A DNA stretch of 64,000 nucleotides, from positions 449,693 to 513,692 of the forward strand of contig CAVTMK010000003.1 of the NCBI GenBank assembly GCA_963735805.1, written 5' to 3'. A model generated the notes under the pieces. That model worked only from the letters and a program-made list of their open reading frames with translations, did no database searches and was not told the origin of the DNA. Shown piece after piece: positions 50,930 through 60,886 of this stretch. The position numbers were made by a program, and so were the translations under genes. The DNA is from an uncultured Verrucomicrobiae bacterium. Its GTDB lineage: Bacteria > Verrucomicrobiota > Verrucomicrobiia > Chthoniobacterales > UBA10450. The first letter of the stretch is position 1, and each line of letters starts with the position of its first letter.

Positions 50930-51877
50930 TCATCGTGAAGACCACGAAAATACCTTCAAGTAAGACATGACAATCTGTAACAAGACCATTACACCAATGG
51001 TTGCTGACATCACTATCGGCATTATCGATACCAGCGGCGGTTGCCATGCTAGGCCATGTTCTTCAAAAACCGGCCTGAGCGTAAATTTGAGAAGTCCGCA
51101 ATACCGCTTATAACCACATCTAAAAAGTGGCGCACGAAGCGGCAGGAAATTCGGGCTCCAACTCGGAGAGAAGCGAAGAAAGCCAGAAATTGTCCCAAAA
51201 CGTTTGAGTTCTTGGGCTATGGGAAACGTAACGTTGAATATCTGGTCTGCCTGTTTCCTAAACGCCTCATATTGTTTTTCGCCCAGTTTGATCAAGATCA
51301 ATAGGTTCTTTGGATTCACAACTTGAACGGCCTCCTTAAGTTCCCATAAGAGGCCTTCACTTGTACCGGCTCGAATCACAACAAGTCGAGCATTCTGCAT
51401 CCGGTCTCTCACAACTTTTTTCCATTCAGCATCTGAAACGTATAACCTGGCTGCACCGGGGGTAGGTAGGATCTCGCCGGGCTTGCCAATTGCTACAAAA
51501 TCGCCAAATGGCAGTAACACCTCACCGAGTTGTTCCTCATCAGTTTTCCAACCGGAAGTCAACCCCATGCTGATCGCCGAAATCACGTAACTACCAATAG
51601 ATGGATCTGTCCCAAAACCGCGCAAATAAAGTACATCCGGTTTCGAATCGCTGATTACCCTTTCCGCGACCGCCTTGTCAGCATACTGCCGACTCCGCCA
51701 ATAAAGGAAGGCACCCACAACGAGCATAGGAGCTGACAACATACTGAAAATTAGTGTGATGATATCACCGGCTACGCCGGCGGGTTTTAATCGAGGCACA
51801 TCAAACAACAGAGTTGATCCAGCACTCAACACTGAGCCCGCAATAAGCAAAAATATACCTGTTCTTTTGCGCCCCAT
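50930..51877 (-). CDS. Hypothetical membrane protein with a central alpha/beta (possibly TIR-like) domain
   Basis: Two N-terminal TMs, VLYLRGF...AIGKPGE...GAARLY...W...SEGLLWEL, one C-terminal TM. Confidence 0.65.
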   Translation of the reverse strand: MGRKRTGIFLLIAGSVLSAGSTLLFDVPRLKPAGVAGDIITLIFSMLSAPMLVVGAFLYWRSRQYADKAVAERVISDSKPDVLYLRGFGTDPSIGSYVISAISMGLTSGWKTDEEQLGEVLLPFGDFVAIGKPGEILPTPGAARLYVSDAEWKKVVRDRMQNARLVVIRAGTSEGLLWELKEAVQVVNPKNLLILIKLGEKQYEAFRKQADQIFNVTFPIAQELKRFGTISGFLRFSPSWSPNFLPLRAPLFRCGYKRYCGLLKFTLRPVFEEHGLAWQPPLVSIMPIVMSATIGVMVLLQIVMSYLKVFSWSSR

Positions 51878-52087
51878 TAGCGTATTTGTTTTCTTCGATC
51901 TGCAAGATAATTCTCCAACATCACGCGTGGGGAAAACTTGATCCCACAAATGATGAAATTCGTGTCGTTGAGCGAGTGACTCTTAGCTACGGTTGCCTTA
52001 ACAGCGTAGCACTCCCAGCTTCGAGTATTATGTTCAAGATATGTCGCCCGCCGTCTTTGTGCGCTTGTCACTTTCAAAGCAGCTAAA

Positions 52088-53206
52088 TTATCTCGCCGCC
52101 GGAAACCCAGCGAAGTGTTTAGCTTTCACTTTTTGTTGAGCCAATGTTTGACCAAGCTCTTGCATCTCGTCGATATGATCGACAGAATCCATTTGCTGGA
52201 CGTGCCGCGGGTTGATGTGTTCAAGGCCTAAGGCGTCCAAGCCCTCGCGCGATAGCTCGGCATTGTAGCGGGCGTAGGTGAATAGCTTCGGCACGTTTGG
52301 AATACCTTGCCCGATGACGGTGCCAATTTCACGGTCCAAGAAATCACCAGTCAGGCATTTTCCGAAAATGCGACAGAGAAAATCCTGCTCGTGGAGCGCT
52401 GCGGCCATAAGGGCCGATGGAATCGTGCCTGCATTGTACAGCAGGTTCATTTCCTCCGGGCTCAAATTGTTGTTCGCGTTCGCGCTCGCGCCGGTACCGA
52501 CTGAAACAAGAAGCACTTTCTCCTCACCAGTCGGCCAAAGCAGACGGTACGGGTCACTGGTCGCCATCAAGAAAAGTTGAAAAGCGGGATTATTATACAT
52601 TGTTACGCCGCCATCCACGAAGATGAAGTCGCGGTCAACGTGGATAACCTCCGGCGGAAAATAAGTCGGCGCCGCAGTGCTAGCGCGCACAAGTTGCCAG
52701 AGCGGTAACTTCAGGTTGCAACCGGAGCGAGCGGCATCGTTGTATTTCGCTGCGGGGTTATTGGTGAGAGGCCATGGTGAATCAGTGGTTGCGTTGCGAA
52801 GTACCATCATGAGTAATGTGCGAAGCTTGTCGGAACCCAAGGTTGTATCCTCGCCAATTACATCGCGCAGCATCTCAGAAAGCTTGTCGCTCTCGAACTT
52901 CGTACGAAAACGCTCCCAAAGGCGCGCCTTATGAAACATCTCCACGCCACTCCGAAGATAGAAATCCCGTATCTCATCGGCGCTATGTCCAAGTGCGATT
53001 AGTGTCGCGATAATTGCTCCTGTGCTGGTCCCGGCGATATAATCGAAATAGTCGCCGAGGACGAGCTGTGGATTCCCGCTATTGTTGCGTAACTCTGATT
53101 CTATCCGCGCTAGGATTTCGATGGTAATGATTCCGCGAATACCTCCGCCATCGCATGCAAGCAGTTTCCGTGGGCCGATCTCATTCAATTTGTCTCGGTA
53201 GCTCAT
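52088..53206 (-). CDS. Patatin-like phospholipase
   Basis: DGGGIRG, GTSTG, ASTAAPTYF, DGG. Confidence 0.93.
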   Translation of the reverse strand: MSYRDKLNEIGPRKLLACDGGGIRGIITIEILARIESELRNNSGNPQLVLGDYFDYIAGTSTGAIIATLIALGHSADEIRDFYLRSGVEMFHKARLWERFRTKFESDKLSEMLRDVIGEDTTLGSDKLRTLLMMVLRNATTDSPWPLTNNPAAKYNDAARSGCNLKLPLWQLVRASTAAPTYFPPEVIHVDRDFIFVDGGVTMYNNPAFQLFLMATSDPYRLLWPTGEEKVLLVSVGTGASANANNNLSPEEMNLLYNAGTIPSALMAAALHEQDFLCRIFGKCLTGDFLDREIGTVIGQGIPNVPKLFTYARYNAELSREGLDALGLEHINPRHVQQMDSVDHIDEMQELGQTLAQQKVKAKHFAGFPAAR

Positions 53207-53246
53207 TGTCGCCGATAATCGTTTTTTCCTGTTTAGCCAGGCACGC

Positions 53247-53707
53247 TCAATGGGTGAGAAGCATTTGCCGTAGCTTGTCCCTTAATTTTTCAGCGGCATC
53301 ATCGACATGAAACACGGCAACGCGTCCGGAGCGTGCGATCTCACTTACCTCAGTGGATTTCGCTGACTGACGATCACGTACCGCGGCGCTCAATTCGTCC
53401 GCAAATCTTCCGCTGCCTTGAATTACGACGAGTGGCCATCCATTGCGCACGCTTTGCAGAGTTTCATCCTCAGCAATCGCGCCACCGTTAACGAGGATTG
53501 CAACGATTGGCCCATTGAATGAGCGCGCCAGTTCCAACATCTTGCCGGTCTCGCCGCCCCACTCATTGCTTTCCACTAAGACGAAGTGCGAGTGGTTAGG
53601 TTCGAGCCGCGCGCCATCCGCGATGCTACCCTTAACTGGGCCGCCGGGATAGGTCACTTTTCCCGCCGGCACGATTCCGAGCAACTGAGATCTTCGGTCG
53701 TTTCGCT
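53247..53707 (-). pseudogene. 5'-truncated SLOG (LSDAT/TRPM-like) domain protein
   Basis: LLGIVP, LEPNHSHFVLV, WGGET, LVNGG, GSGRFAD; N-terminal half replaced by IS110 sequence. Confidence 0.8.
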
Positions 53708-54353
53708 CGTCGTCTTCCGCAGGCGTCCACCATTGCGTTTAACTCGTGCATGGAACCAGCGCGCCAGCGCCAAATCCGGTTGATGTCGCAACCATAGCCA
53801 CGCGAGCTAAATCATCGTCGTCCGCAGCCTTGGATTGCCGGCTTTGGAGATGCCTTGCTCGTGCACGACAGATCCGCTTTGCCAGGGCGTCGGCGCCAAG
53901 CCGGCGTAAGACGCCACCTGTTTTCGATTGGCGAAGCTTCGGTGAAGGCCCTCCGACCATAGAACGGCGGCAAATTCCGGACCGATCCCTCTTAAGTCGA
54001 TCAACATCGTCCTTGGCGCCGGCGCATGCTCAGTCTTTGTCGTTGGGACGAACAAAACGTCCCGCTCGGCCTCGACGGCCTTGATCTGCTCAATCAGGAG
54101 CTCAAGTCGATCGAGTTCTCGGCTGATTTGAGCCTTGAGATGCGGAGGTAACGGACGACCATCGCCCGTCTTCAGTTCGTCGAGACGTTGGCGGCGATCG
54201 CGGCGCAGCGGCTCGTAACCGGATACCCCCTGGGAGAACAGCAATCCCTTGATCCGGTTGATGTGCTGGATCCGCTCGACAGTCAGCGTCTTGCGCTCGC
54301 GACAGACCCGTCGGCTGTCTTCATCTTCAGGCGTCGGCGCTCGGACCATCGCG
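53708..54353 (-). mobile_element. Internal fragment of an IS110-family transposase with an in-frame stop
   Basis: RGIGPEFA, FANRKQVASYAGLAPTPWQSG, ISKAGNPRLRTTMI*LAWLWLRHQP; both ends truncated mid-gene. Confidence 0.88.
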
Positions 54354-54516
54354 CTCCTGCAAGCGCGGCAGCGTCGGCCGCAGCCTGTAGGCGTCGCTTG
54401 ATGAGATAGGCGTGGCCGATGTCGAGCGTCAGCGCGCAGAAGCCGAGCAGCACGATCATGAAGAAGACGGCGATCACGATCGCCTGGCCTTCCTCGTCGT
54501 ACGCGCCGCGAGGCAT
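54354..54516 (-). pseudogene. 3'-truncated TadG/TadE-like pseudopilin
   Basis: EEGQAIVI...LDIGHAYLIKRRLQAAADAAALAGA, then switches to IS110 sequence. Confidence 0.8.
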
Positions 54517-55408
54517 CAGCCGAGAAAGGTCCTAGCGTGAGGACCGCCGGGCCAAGGATGACGATGAAGAGCGCCGGAAAGATGAACAGGGCCGCAGGGA
54601 AGAGCATCTTCACCGGGGCCTTCGCGGCCCGCTCCTCCGCCGCCGCGTGGCGTCGCCGACGGGCGTCGTCCGCAAGCCCACGGAGAGTCTTCGCGAGAGA
54701 GAGGCCGAGCTCCTCGCCCTGGATCATCGTCCGAGCCATCGATCGCACGTCGCTCGAGCCGGTACGAGCGCCCAGACGCTTCAGCGCGCCGCTGCTGCTC
54801 TCACCGACCCGCATTTCCGCGAGGCAGAGTGCGAACTCATCAGCGAGCGGTCCCTGCGTCGACTCGACCACCTTCGCGATCGCACCGTACAAGCCGAGTC
54901 CCGCCTCAACCGTCACGGCGAGAAGGTCTAGGGCATCCGGCAGTGCATCGTCGATCCGTTCGCGCCGCGCGCGTGCCCGCCGGTCGAGCAGCACTCCGGG
55001 AAGCACGTATCCGGACACGGCGAGCGCGACGCAGAGCAAGATAGTCGCGGTCACCGTCCCGATCGCACCGCCGATGAGCAGGCCTCCTCCCGCGCCCAGG
55101 ACGACCAGCACGAACCGGATCGACACGAAGTCAGCCGGCGTCACGCGGTCACCCACTCCTGCAGCCGCGAGTCGCTCACGGAGCCCGCTCCTGGTTCGTG
55201 CGGACGTCGACCTGATGAGGAGGAACTCCTCCACCGGCTGCAGACGGACGATGCGCCAACGGAGGCGTGTCGGCCGGGGACGATCGCCTGCCCAGGCCGT
55301 CACGATGCGCACCGCCTCACGTCCTTCCCGATCGGACGATGCGAGTGCGTCGACCGCAACGACCGTGGCGGCGACGAGCAAGAACCCAGCGAGGATCAGT
55401 AGCAGCAT
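54516..55408 (-). CDS. tadC: Tad pilus platform protein TadC (apparent indel just before the stop)
   Basis: LPDALDLLAVTVEAGLG, AEERAAKAPVKMLFP; out-of-frame TGATG coupling at 54514-54518. Confidence 0.88.
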
Positions 55409-55410
55409 TG

Positions 55411-56345
55411 CTACGTCCTGACCGAGCCGATGCGCCGAATCACGACCGCACCGATCGTCATCATCGCCGCCGCGATGCCCACTAGCAGGTGGCCGCTGGC
55501 CGAGTGCCAGAGGGGATACATGTACGAGCCGTCCACCGCAGTGATGAGCACAGCCGCCACGAATGGCAGGGCGATGAGCACGCTGGCGGAAGCTCGGACC
55601 ATGCCGGTCAGCGCGCGCACCTTGCGTCGGAACTGCTCGCGTGCCCGGACGGTCTCGGCCACGAGCTCGAACAACGAGGCGAGGCTCCCCCGACTTCTCG
55701 CTGAACGGCGATTGCAGCCAGCACGAAGGCAAGGTCGACGGAACGAACACGGCTTCCGAGATCCAGCAGGGAGTCGTCGAGCGCCCGGCCGAGATGCACC
55801 TCGCCGACAACTCGCCGAAGCTCGCGCTCGGCCGGTTGGCCGATGTCCGCCGCGACTGCCTGCAGGGCCTGATCGAAGCTGTGTCCAGCCTTCAGGGAGG
55901 CGGAGAGCGTGTCGAGGATCTCGGGCAGCTGCTGCTCAAATGCCCGGTCGCGCCGCCTGCCGCGCGCAGACAGCACGAGCCACGGGGCTGCGATCCCGCC
56001 GGCGCCAAGAAGAAGCGCGATGCCGACGCCCGCCACGGACACGCCGATGAGGAAGGCGGCGACGCCGGTTCCGACCGTCAGACAAACGACCGCACCGAGG
56101 GGGACATCGATCCCGGCGCGTGCAACCATCGCGCCAAGGTGGCCGTGGATCCGCAGCCGGCCGACGACCGACTCAGCCAACGCATATGCACGCGACGGAC
56201 CCGCCATACTCGATCGTTCGGCGCGGCGATCGCTGACGACGTATGGCTCGAGCTGACGCTGCACCGAGATGCGCCGCGGAGCAAGCAGCGTGAGTACCAG
56301 ACCCAACACAATCATGCCGACGAGTAACGGGATGGCGAGGCTCAC
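55411..56345 (-). CDS. tadB: Tad pilus platform protein TadB (frameshift near 55685)
   Basis: QLPEILDTLSASLKAGHS, QREVGG; ETVRAREQFRRKVRALTG in a second frame. Confidence 0.85.
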
Positions 56346-57727
56346 GACGCGCGCCTCCGTCTCGGGCGCACGACCTGATCCCCGGCGAATGCATCCGGCG
56401 GCAAGCCCACCCCAGCCGTCGCGAGCTTCTGTCCGAAATGCGGTCGGAGTCCGGTAGCCAGAAGCTCGCCGAGCAACGCGGTGCTCTCAGCGGCCGCCGG
56501 GCGAGCCAGGAACAGATCCTGGAGTGTGACGATGTCGGATTCCATCCGCAGAACTTCCGTGATGTGGGTGACACGGCGGGACCCGTCGACGAGGCGCGAG
56601 ACCTGCACTACGAGGTCGAATGCGCTGGAGATCTGCTCGCGGATCGCTCGCAGCGGCAGATCGACACCGGCGGTGAGGACGAGCGTCTCCAAGCGAGACA
56701 GCGCATCGCGTGGCGTGTTCGCGTGAATCGTGGTCAACGAACCCTCATGGCCCGTGTTCATCGCCTGCAACATGTCGACGGTCTCCGGACCGCGAACCTC
56801 GCCGACGATGATTCGGTCAGGACGCATTCGCAAGGCGTTCCTGACGAGATCTCGAATGCGCACCTCACCTTGTCCTTCGATATTCGACGGCCTCGACTCG
56901 AGGGACACGACGTGCCGCTGTTGCAGGTGCAGCTCTGCCGCGTCTTCGACCGTGATGATCCGCTCGTCACCCGGAATGAAGCTCGAGAGAGCATTCAAGA
57001 GGGTCGTCTTTCCCACGCCGGTACCGCCCGAGATGAGGACGTTGAGCTTGCCGCAGACACAAGCGCGAAGGAACGCAACGGCGTCGGCCGAAAGCGATCC
57101 CAGCGCTACCAGATCCTCGGCCGTCAGCGCGTCGCGCGAGAATTTCCTGATCGTCAGCACGGGCCCTCGCAGGGCCAGTGGCGGAATGATGACGTTTACG
57201 CGCGAGCCGTCCGCGAGCCGCGCGTCGACCATCGGGGACGCCTCGTCGACGCGCCTCCCGACTCCTGCGACGACGCGATCGATCACGCGAAGAAGATGCT
57301 CGTCGCTGGCGAACTGCACGCCCGTCTCCTCGAGCTTCCCGCCACGCTCGACGAATACCTGGCGATGTCCGTTCACCATGATCTCCGTAATCGATTCGTC
57401 GTGCAGAAGCGGCTCGATGGGTCCGTCGCCGAGTACGTCGTCGACGATGCCGGCGACCAAGAGCTGCCGTTCCTCCGTCGTGATCCTCTCCTGCGCGCGA
57501 GCTAGCTCGGTCTCGACGACATCGAGCACCCTCCGTCGAAGCTCGTCCGGCGAGCTCTCGAGCGACTGCAACTCCGGACCGACCGTTGCGACGCACGCGC
57601 GATGAAGCTCGGCGCGCAGCTCGACGAACCGATCGACACGGGCGTCCTCTTCGGATCTTCCGAGTCGAGGACCAAGTACGAGAGCGTCACTGACGTCGTT
57701 ACCGTTGATCCGTTGCTGGAGAGACAT
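56342..57727 (-). CDS. cpaF: Tad pilus ATPase CpaF/TadA
   Basis: GGTGVGKTT, TVEDAAEL, LRMRPDRIIVGEVRG, MNTGHEGS. Confidence 0.95.
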   Translation of the reverse strand: MSLQQRINGNDVSDALVLGPRLGRSEEDARVDRFVELRAELHRACVATVGPELQSLESSPDELRRRVLDVVETELARAQERITTEERQLLVAGIVDDVLGDGPIEPLLHDESITEIMVNGHRQVFVERGGKLEETGVQFASDEHLLRVIDRVVAGVGRRVDEASPMVDARLADGSRVNVIIPPLALRGPVLTIRKFSRDALTAEDLVALGSLSADAVAFLRACVCGKLNVLISGGTGVGKTTLLNALSSFIPGDERIITVEDAAELHLQQRHVVSLESRPSNIEGQGEVRIRDLVRNALRMRPDRIIVGEVRGPETVDMLQAMNTGHEGSLTTIHANTPRDALSRLETLVLTAGVDLPLRAIREQISSAFDLVVQVSRLVDGSRRVTHITEVLRMESDIVTLQDLFLARPAAAESTALLGELLATGLRPHFGQKLATAGVGLPPDAFAGDQVVRPRRRRAS

Positions 57728-57729
57728 GC

Positions 57730-58887
57730 CTAGCTCCTCCCGAAGCTGAATCGCTTCGGGCCGCGTGAAACCCGTGCTGTCGGCGCCGTGACGCCGCCGC
57801 CGATCGACCGCGCGAGCTCGATGATCGCGAGTCCAAACGGTGTTGGCGTCGCCTCGAGCACCACCGCCGCGGCGCGATTCACAGCGACGGTAACTGCGGG
57901 ATCCAGCGGCAGCATGATGTCGACCTGGCGTCCCAGCGCTGCTTCGACGTCGGCACGGGCGATTCCGGTCGACGTGCTCGCGCGGTTGAGGACGACGCGA
58001 AGACGATCGTCCGGGAACGACAGCAGCTCTAGTGTCTGCAGAGTGAGTCGCACGTTCTTGAGCGTCGGAACGTCGGGATTGCAGAGCAACAGCAGCTGAT
58101 CCGTCTCATCGAGTGTGGCGAGCATCGGGCCATAGAAGAACGGCGCAGTGTCGATCACGACGAGGTCATATGCCTCCCGCGCAACCGTAAGGAGCGTCCG
58201 GACTGCTTCTTCTCCGATCAGTTCGGCATCCTCAGGGCGAACGGGTGCCGAGAGAACGTCGACGCCCGAAGCGTGCCGCTCGGTGTACACCTCGAGCTTC
58301 TCGGCATCGAGGGTCGCAGAAGTGCCGATAAGCTCGTGAAGAGTGTTCCGCGGCGTCAGTCCGAGCATGATCGCGGCGTCCCCGAACTGGAGATCGAGAT
58401 CAATGAGCAGCGTCCGGCTGCTCGTGTGTTGCGCGGAGGCGACCGCGAGGTTGGTGGAGACGACGGACTTCCCGGATCCGCCCTTCGGAGAGAAGACGGT
58501 GACGACCCGTCCACGCTCGAGCCGAGCGAGCCGGTACGCCGCGCGGGCCGCCTTCTCGATCGCGAAGTGAAGTCCCTCCGACGACGCGGGTAGCGTGAGC
58601 ACGTCCGCGATGCCGGCGTCGACGGCCCAGTGCACGAGCTCGCTCGATGGCGCAGTGGTGGCGAGGATGACGGGCCCGGCCGAGTGCTCGCGGAGTGTCG
58701 CGAGCTGCTCGCGAGGATCGGCGCGCTCGTCGTGGACGAGAAGCACTACGTCCGGAGCGGCGTGCGCCACCTGCTTCGCGACCAACTCGAACCCCTCGAG
58801 ACGTGCGATGTCGCCCTTGAGAAGGGTGGCAGCCGCGCCCCCGCCGGCGACCGCCACTCGGATACGAGTTTCAGCGGCCACTTGCAC
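57730..58887 (-). CDS. cpaE: CpaE/TadZ (receiver-like plus MinD-like ATPase)
   Basis: SPKGGSGKS, IDLDLQFGD, VVIDT. Confidence 0.88.
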   Translation of the reverse strand: MQVAAETRIRVAVAGGGAAATLLKGDIARLEGFELVAKQVAHAAPDVVLLVHDERADPREQLATLREHSAGPVILATTAPSSELVHWAVDAGIADVLTLPASSEGLHFAIEKAARAAYRLARLERGRVVTVFSPKGGSGKSVVSTNLAVASAQHTSSRTLLIDLDLQFGDAAIMLGLTPRNTLHELIGTSATLDAEKLEVYTERHASGVDVLSAPVRPEDAELIGEEAVRTLLTVAREAYDLVVIDTAPFFYGPMLATLDETDQLLLLCNPDVPTLKNVRLTLQTLELLSFPDDRLRVVLNRASTSTGIARADVEAALGRQVDIMLPLDPAVTVAVNRAAAVVLEATPTPFGLAIIELARSIGGGVTAPTARVSRGPKRFSFGRS

Positions 58888-59613
58888 CTCCCACCAGATT
58901 CGATGCAGTCGCCGGCTGCAGCACGGGATCCCGAGCGCCGGCGCTCGGGCGCGACAGCAAGGACCAGTCTCCGTTCTTTGCGAGCCAGAAGAGACGCTGC
59001 GCCTGGAGTCGGGGTGAGCTCGAGCTCGGCCGAAACGGTGTCCTGCTGGCTCGACAATCCGGACGACGTCTCCGCCGGAGGCGCCTTCACGACGAGCAGG
59101 TTGTGCAGGACGACGGCCGCGACGTGCGTCTGCCCCGACTCCGGCAGCTTGATCGAGCCGACGACGTCGACCCGGTTTCCTCTTTCGAGCGTGCCGGCGA
59201 GGAGCTGGGTGGCGGTGCCTGACAACTCGATAATCCGCGCAGTGCCGCCGAGCTCGGACGGAAGCCCCTGCTGTTGAACGCTACCGAACCTCCGGGCAGT
59301 AATCTGTTCGCCGCGGTAGGTCGGCTGCAAGGCCACCAGATTCGCGAGCTGCCCGATGCTGGTCACCGCACCCGCTGCGAGGGCGTCGGCCGGCACGCGC
59401 TCCTTGACGACCCATCGTCCGTCGGTGATCTCGGACGCTGGACGTCCCGAGTGGGATGTCGCGGGTCGCGATCAAAACCGCCTTGCCAGACGTTGCCGCA
59501 ACGCTGTTCGGTCGCGCCTGAGCTCCGTAAATGATCATGAGTGCCACCGCGGCAACCGCGAGCGTGACCGCGATGGCGATCTTTCGACTGCTGTACGAAA
59601 GTCTCCGCATCAT
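58872..59613 (-). CDS. cpaB: Flp pilus assembly protein CpaB/RcpC (frameshifted; end approximate)
   Basis: TM then VLIATRDIPLGT (SAF), GEQIT, GTLERGNRVDV across frames. Confidence 0.78.
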
Positions 59614-59636
59614 CTTCCTCTGATCTCAGATCGCCG

Positions 59637-60029
59637 CTATTCGACTCGCTCGACCATCGTGCTGTGCAAATCGCCAGACGTCACGACGATTCCGAGAATG
59701 TTGATCTGGTACGGGTAACTCGCAGATACCGTGACGGTGTCACCCGCCCGCCACGTCGATGTGACGACGACCTGGAGTTTCGACGGGTCGAGGTCGCCGG
59801 CAGCCGCGATGACCGCCTGTTGCGCCGTTGCGATCGGATTGGTTGCGGTGCTGCTCACGGCCGCCTTGCGTGCGCCCGCGCGCACCGCGTCCGTGACCAC
59901 CAGCGAGTTCTTGAACGCGACTCCGAACTGCACGATCCCGAAGAGAATCAGCAACAGCACCGGTGCCACGAGCACGAACTCGACGAGCGTCTGCCCTTTC
60001 TCGCCTCGCCTATCTCTGACGGGTCTCAT
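59637..60029 (-). CDS. tadE: TadE-like pseudopilin
   Basis: KGQTLVEFVLVAPVLLLILFGIVQFG, AVRAGAR. Confidence 0.9.
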   Translation of the reverse strand: MRPVRDRRGEKGQTLVEFVLVAPVLLLILFGIVQFGVAFKNSLVVTDAVRAGARKAAVSSTATNPIATAQQAVIAAAGDLDPSKLQVVVTSTWRAGDTVTVSASYPYQINILGIVVTSGDLHSTMVERVE

Positions 60030-60099
60030 TGTCCGCTGGCCCCGGAACGGCAGATGAGTCCGCCAAGCGCGGAGCATCTGCCGTGCCGCACGAACGTCC

Positions 60100-60285
60100 T
60101 CAGAGCGCGTTGCCGATGTTCGTCAGAGCGCCAGAGATCGCTCCTTTGAACGTCGTGAGCGCAAGCGTCAGTCCTACCGCCACCAGCACGCTGATGAGCG
60201 CGTACTCGACGAACGTCTGTCCGTCCTCACGCTTCGCTGCGAGCATCGCCGAAACGACGACGCGGTTGATCGCATCGATGACCAC
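60100..60285 (-). CDS. flp: Flp family type IVb pilin
   Basis: REDGQTFVEYALI followed by a hydrophobic helix. Confidence 0.9.
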   Translation of the reverse strand: MVIDAINRVVVSAMLAAKREDGQTFVEYALISVLVAVGLTLALTTFKGAISGALTNIGNAL

Positions 60286-60310
60286 TATGTACCCCCCTCG
60301 TCCTTACATT

Positions 60311-60334
60311 GCGGAGCGCTTTGAAGCGCTCCGC
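60311..60334. promoter_or_regulatory. Perfect 10-bp hairpin in the flp leader
   Basis: GCGGAGCGCT-TTGA-AGCGCTCCGC just upstream of the purine-rich flp RBS. Confidence 0.45.
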
Positions 60335-60506
60335 CCACCCGCGTATCCGGATTGGAACGCCGGTGATCAGCGTGCGCCTTGCTCACGGGACGACGCACAC
60401 CGGTCGGAATAGGTCTTCGACAATCGAAGGTCCAGGCGTTTGCCCGGCCTGATTTGATTCTCTTCGCCGTTCCGACCAGCCGGACCGATTCCGTCTCGCC
60501 ACGGGG

Positions 60507-60863
60507 GTGGTTTCATTGCGACAGATCACGGTGCGTACGCACGAGGGACGCGTCGTCTGTCGGCGCTGTGCCGTCGCCGACGGGCCGTTGACGCGGATGC
60601 GCGGCCTGCTGGGCCGCTCGGAGCTCCGTGCCGGGGAAGGGATGCTCTTGAAGCCTGCCGGAAGCGTGCACACCTTCTTCATGCGATTTCCGATCGACGT
60701 CGTTTTCATCGACCGTGAGGGACACGTGACGCGCGTCATTCGCGCCTTGCGCCCCTGGCGTGTCGCCGGAAGCCGAAGAGCCCGCGCCGTCCTCGAGCTG
60801 CCTGCGGGCGCATGCGCACGTGATGAGATCACCCGAGGGTCCTGCCTCAGGCTCACTCTTTGA
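60507..60863 (+). CDS. DUF192 family protein
   Basis: RMRGLLGR, GEGMLL, VHTFFMRFPIDVVF, VLELPAG. Confidence 0.88.
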   Translation: MVSLRQITVRTHEGRVVCRRCAVADGPLTRMRGLLGRSELRAGEGMLLKPAGSVHTFFMRFPIDVVFIDREGHVTRVIRALRPWRVAGSRRARAVLELPAGACARDEITRGSCLRLTL

Positions 60864-60886
60864 ACGGCCGGCCGTGGAACCGCGGT

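Noticed and set aside
52088..53206. CBASS (CapV-like patatin)
   Set aside because: No CD-NTase or Cap2/Cap3 genes visible in the window
43925..53707. Canonical Thoeris from TIR plus SLOG
   Set aside because: The genes are ~8 kb apart in different att-bounded segments; the SLOG is LSDAT-type with no sirtuin seen and the TIR is membrane-fused
53708..54353. Active IS110 / bridge-RNA system
   Set aside because: Only an internal fragment with an in-frame TAG; no N-terminal DEDD domain and no non-coding ends
53807..55810. 667-aa ORF appearing to fuse TadC with an IS110 transposase
   Set aside because: Artefact of an indel at the tadC stop plus the junction at ~54353; the intervening translation is out-of-frame pseudopilin sequence
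54537..59277. Long plus-strand ORFs opposite the tad genes (and similar antisense ORFs elsewhere)
   Set aside because: Shadow ORFs expected in GC-rich coding DNA; no protein motifs
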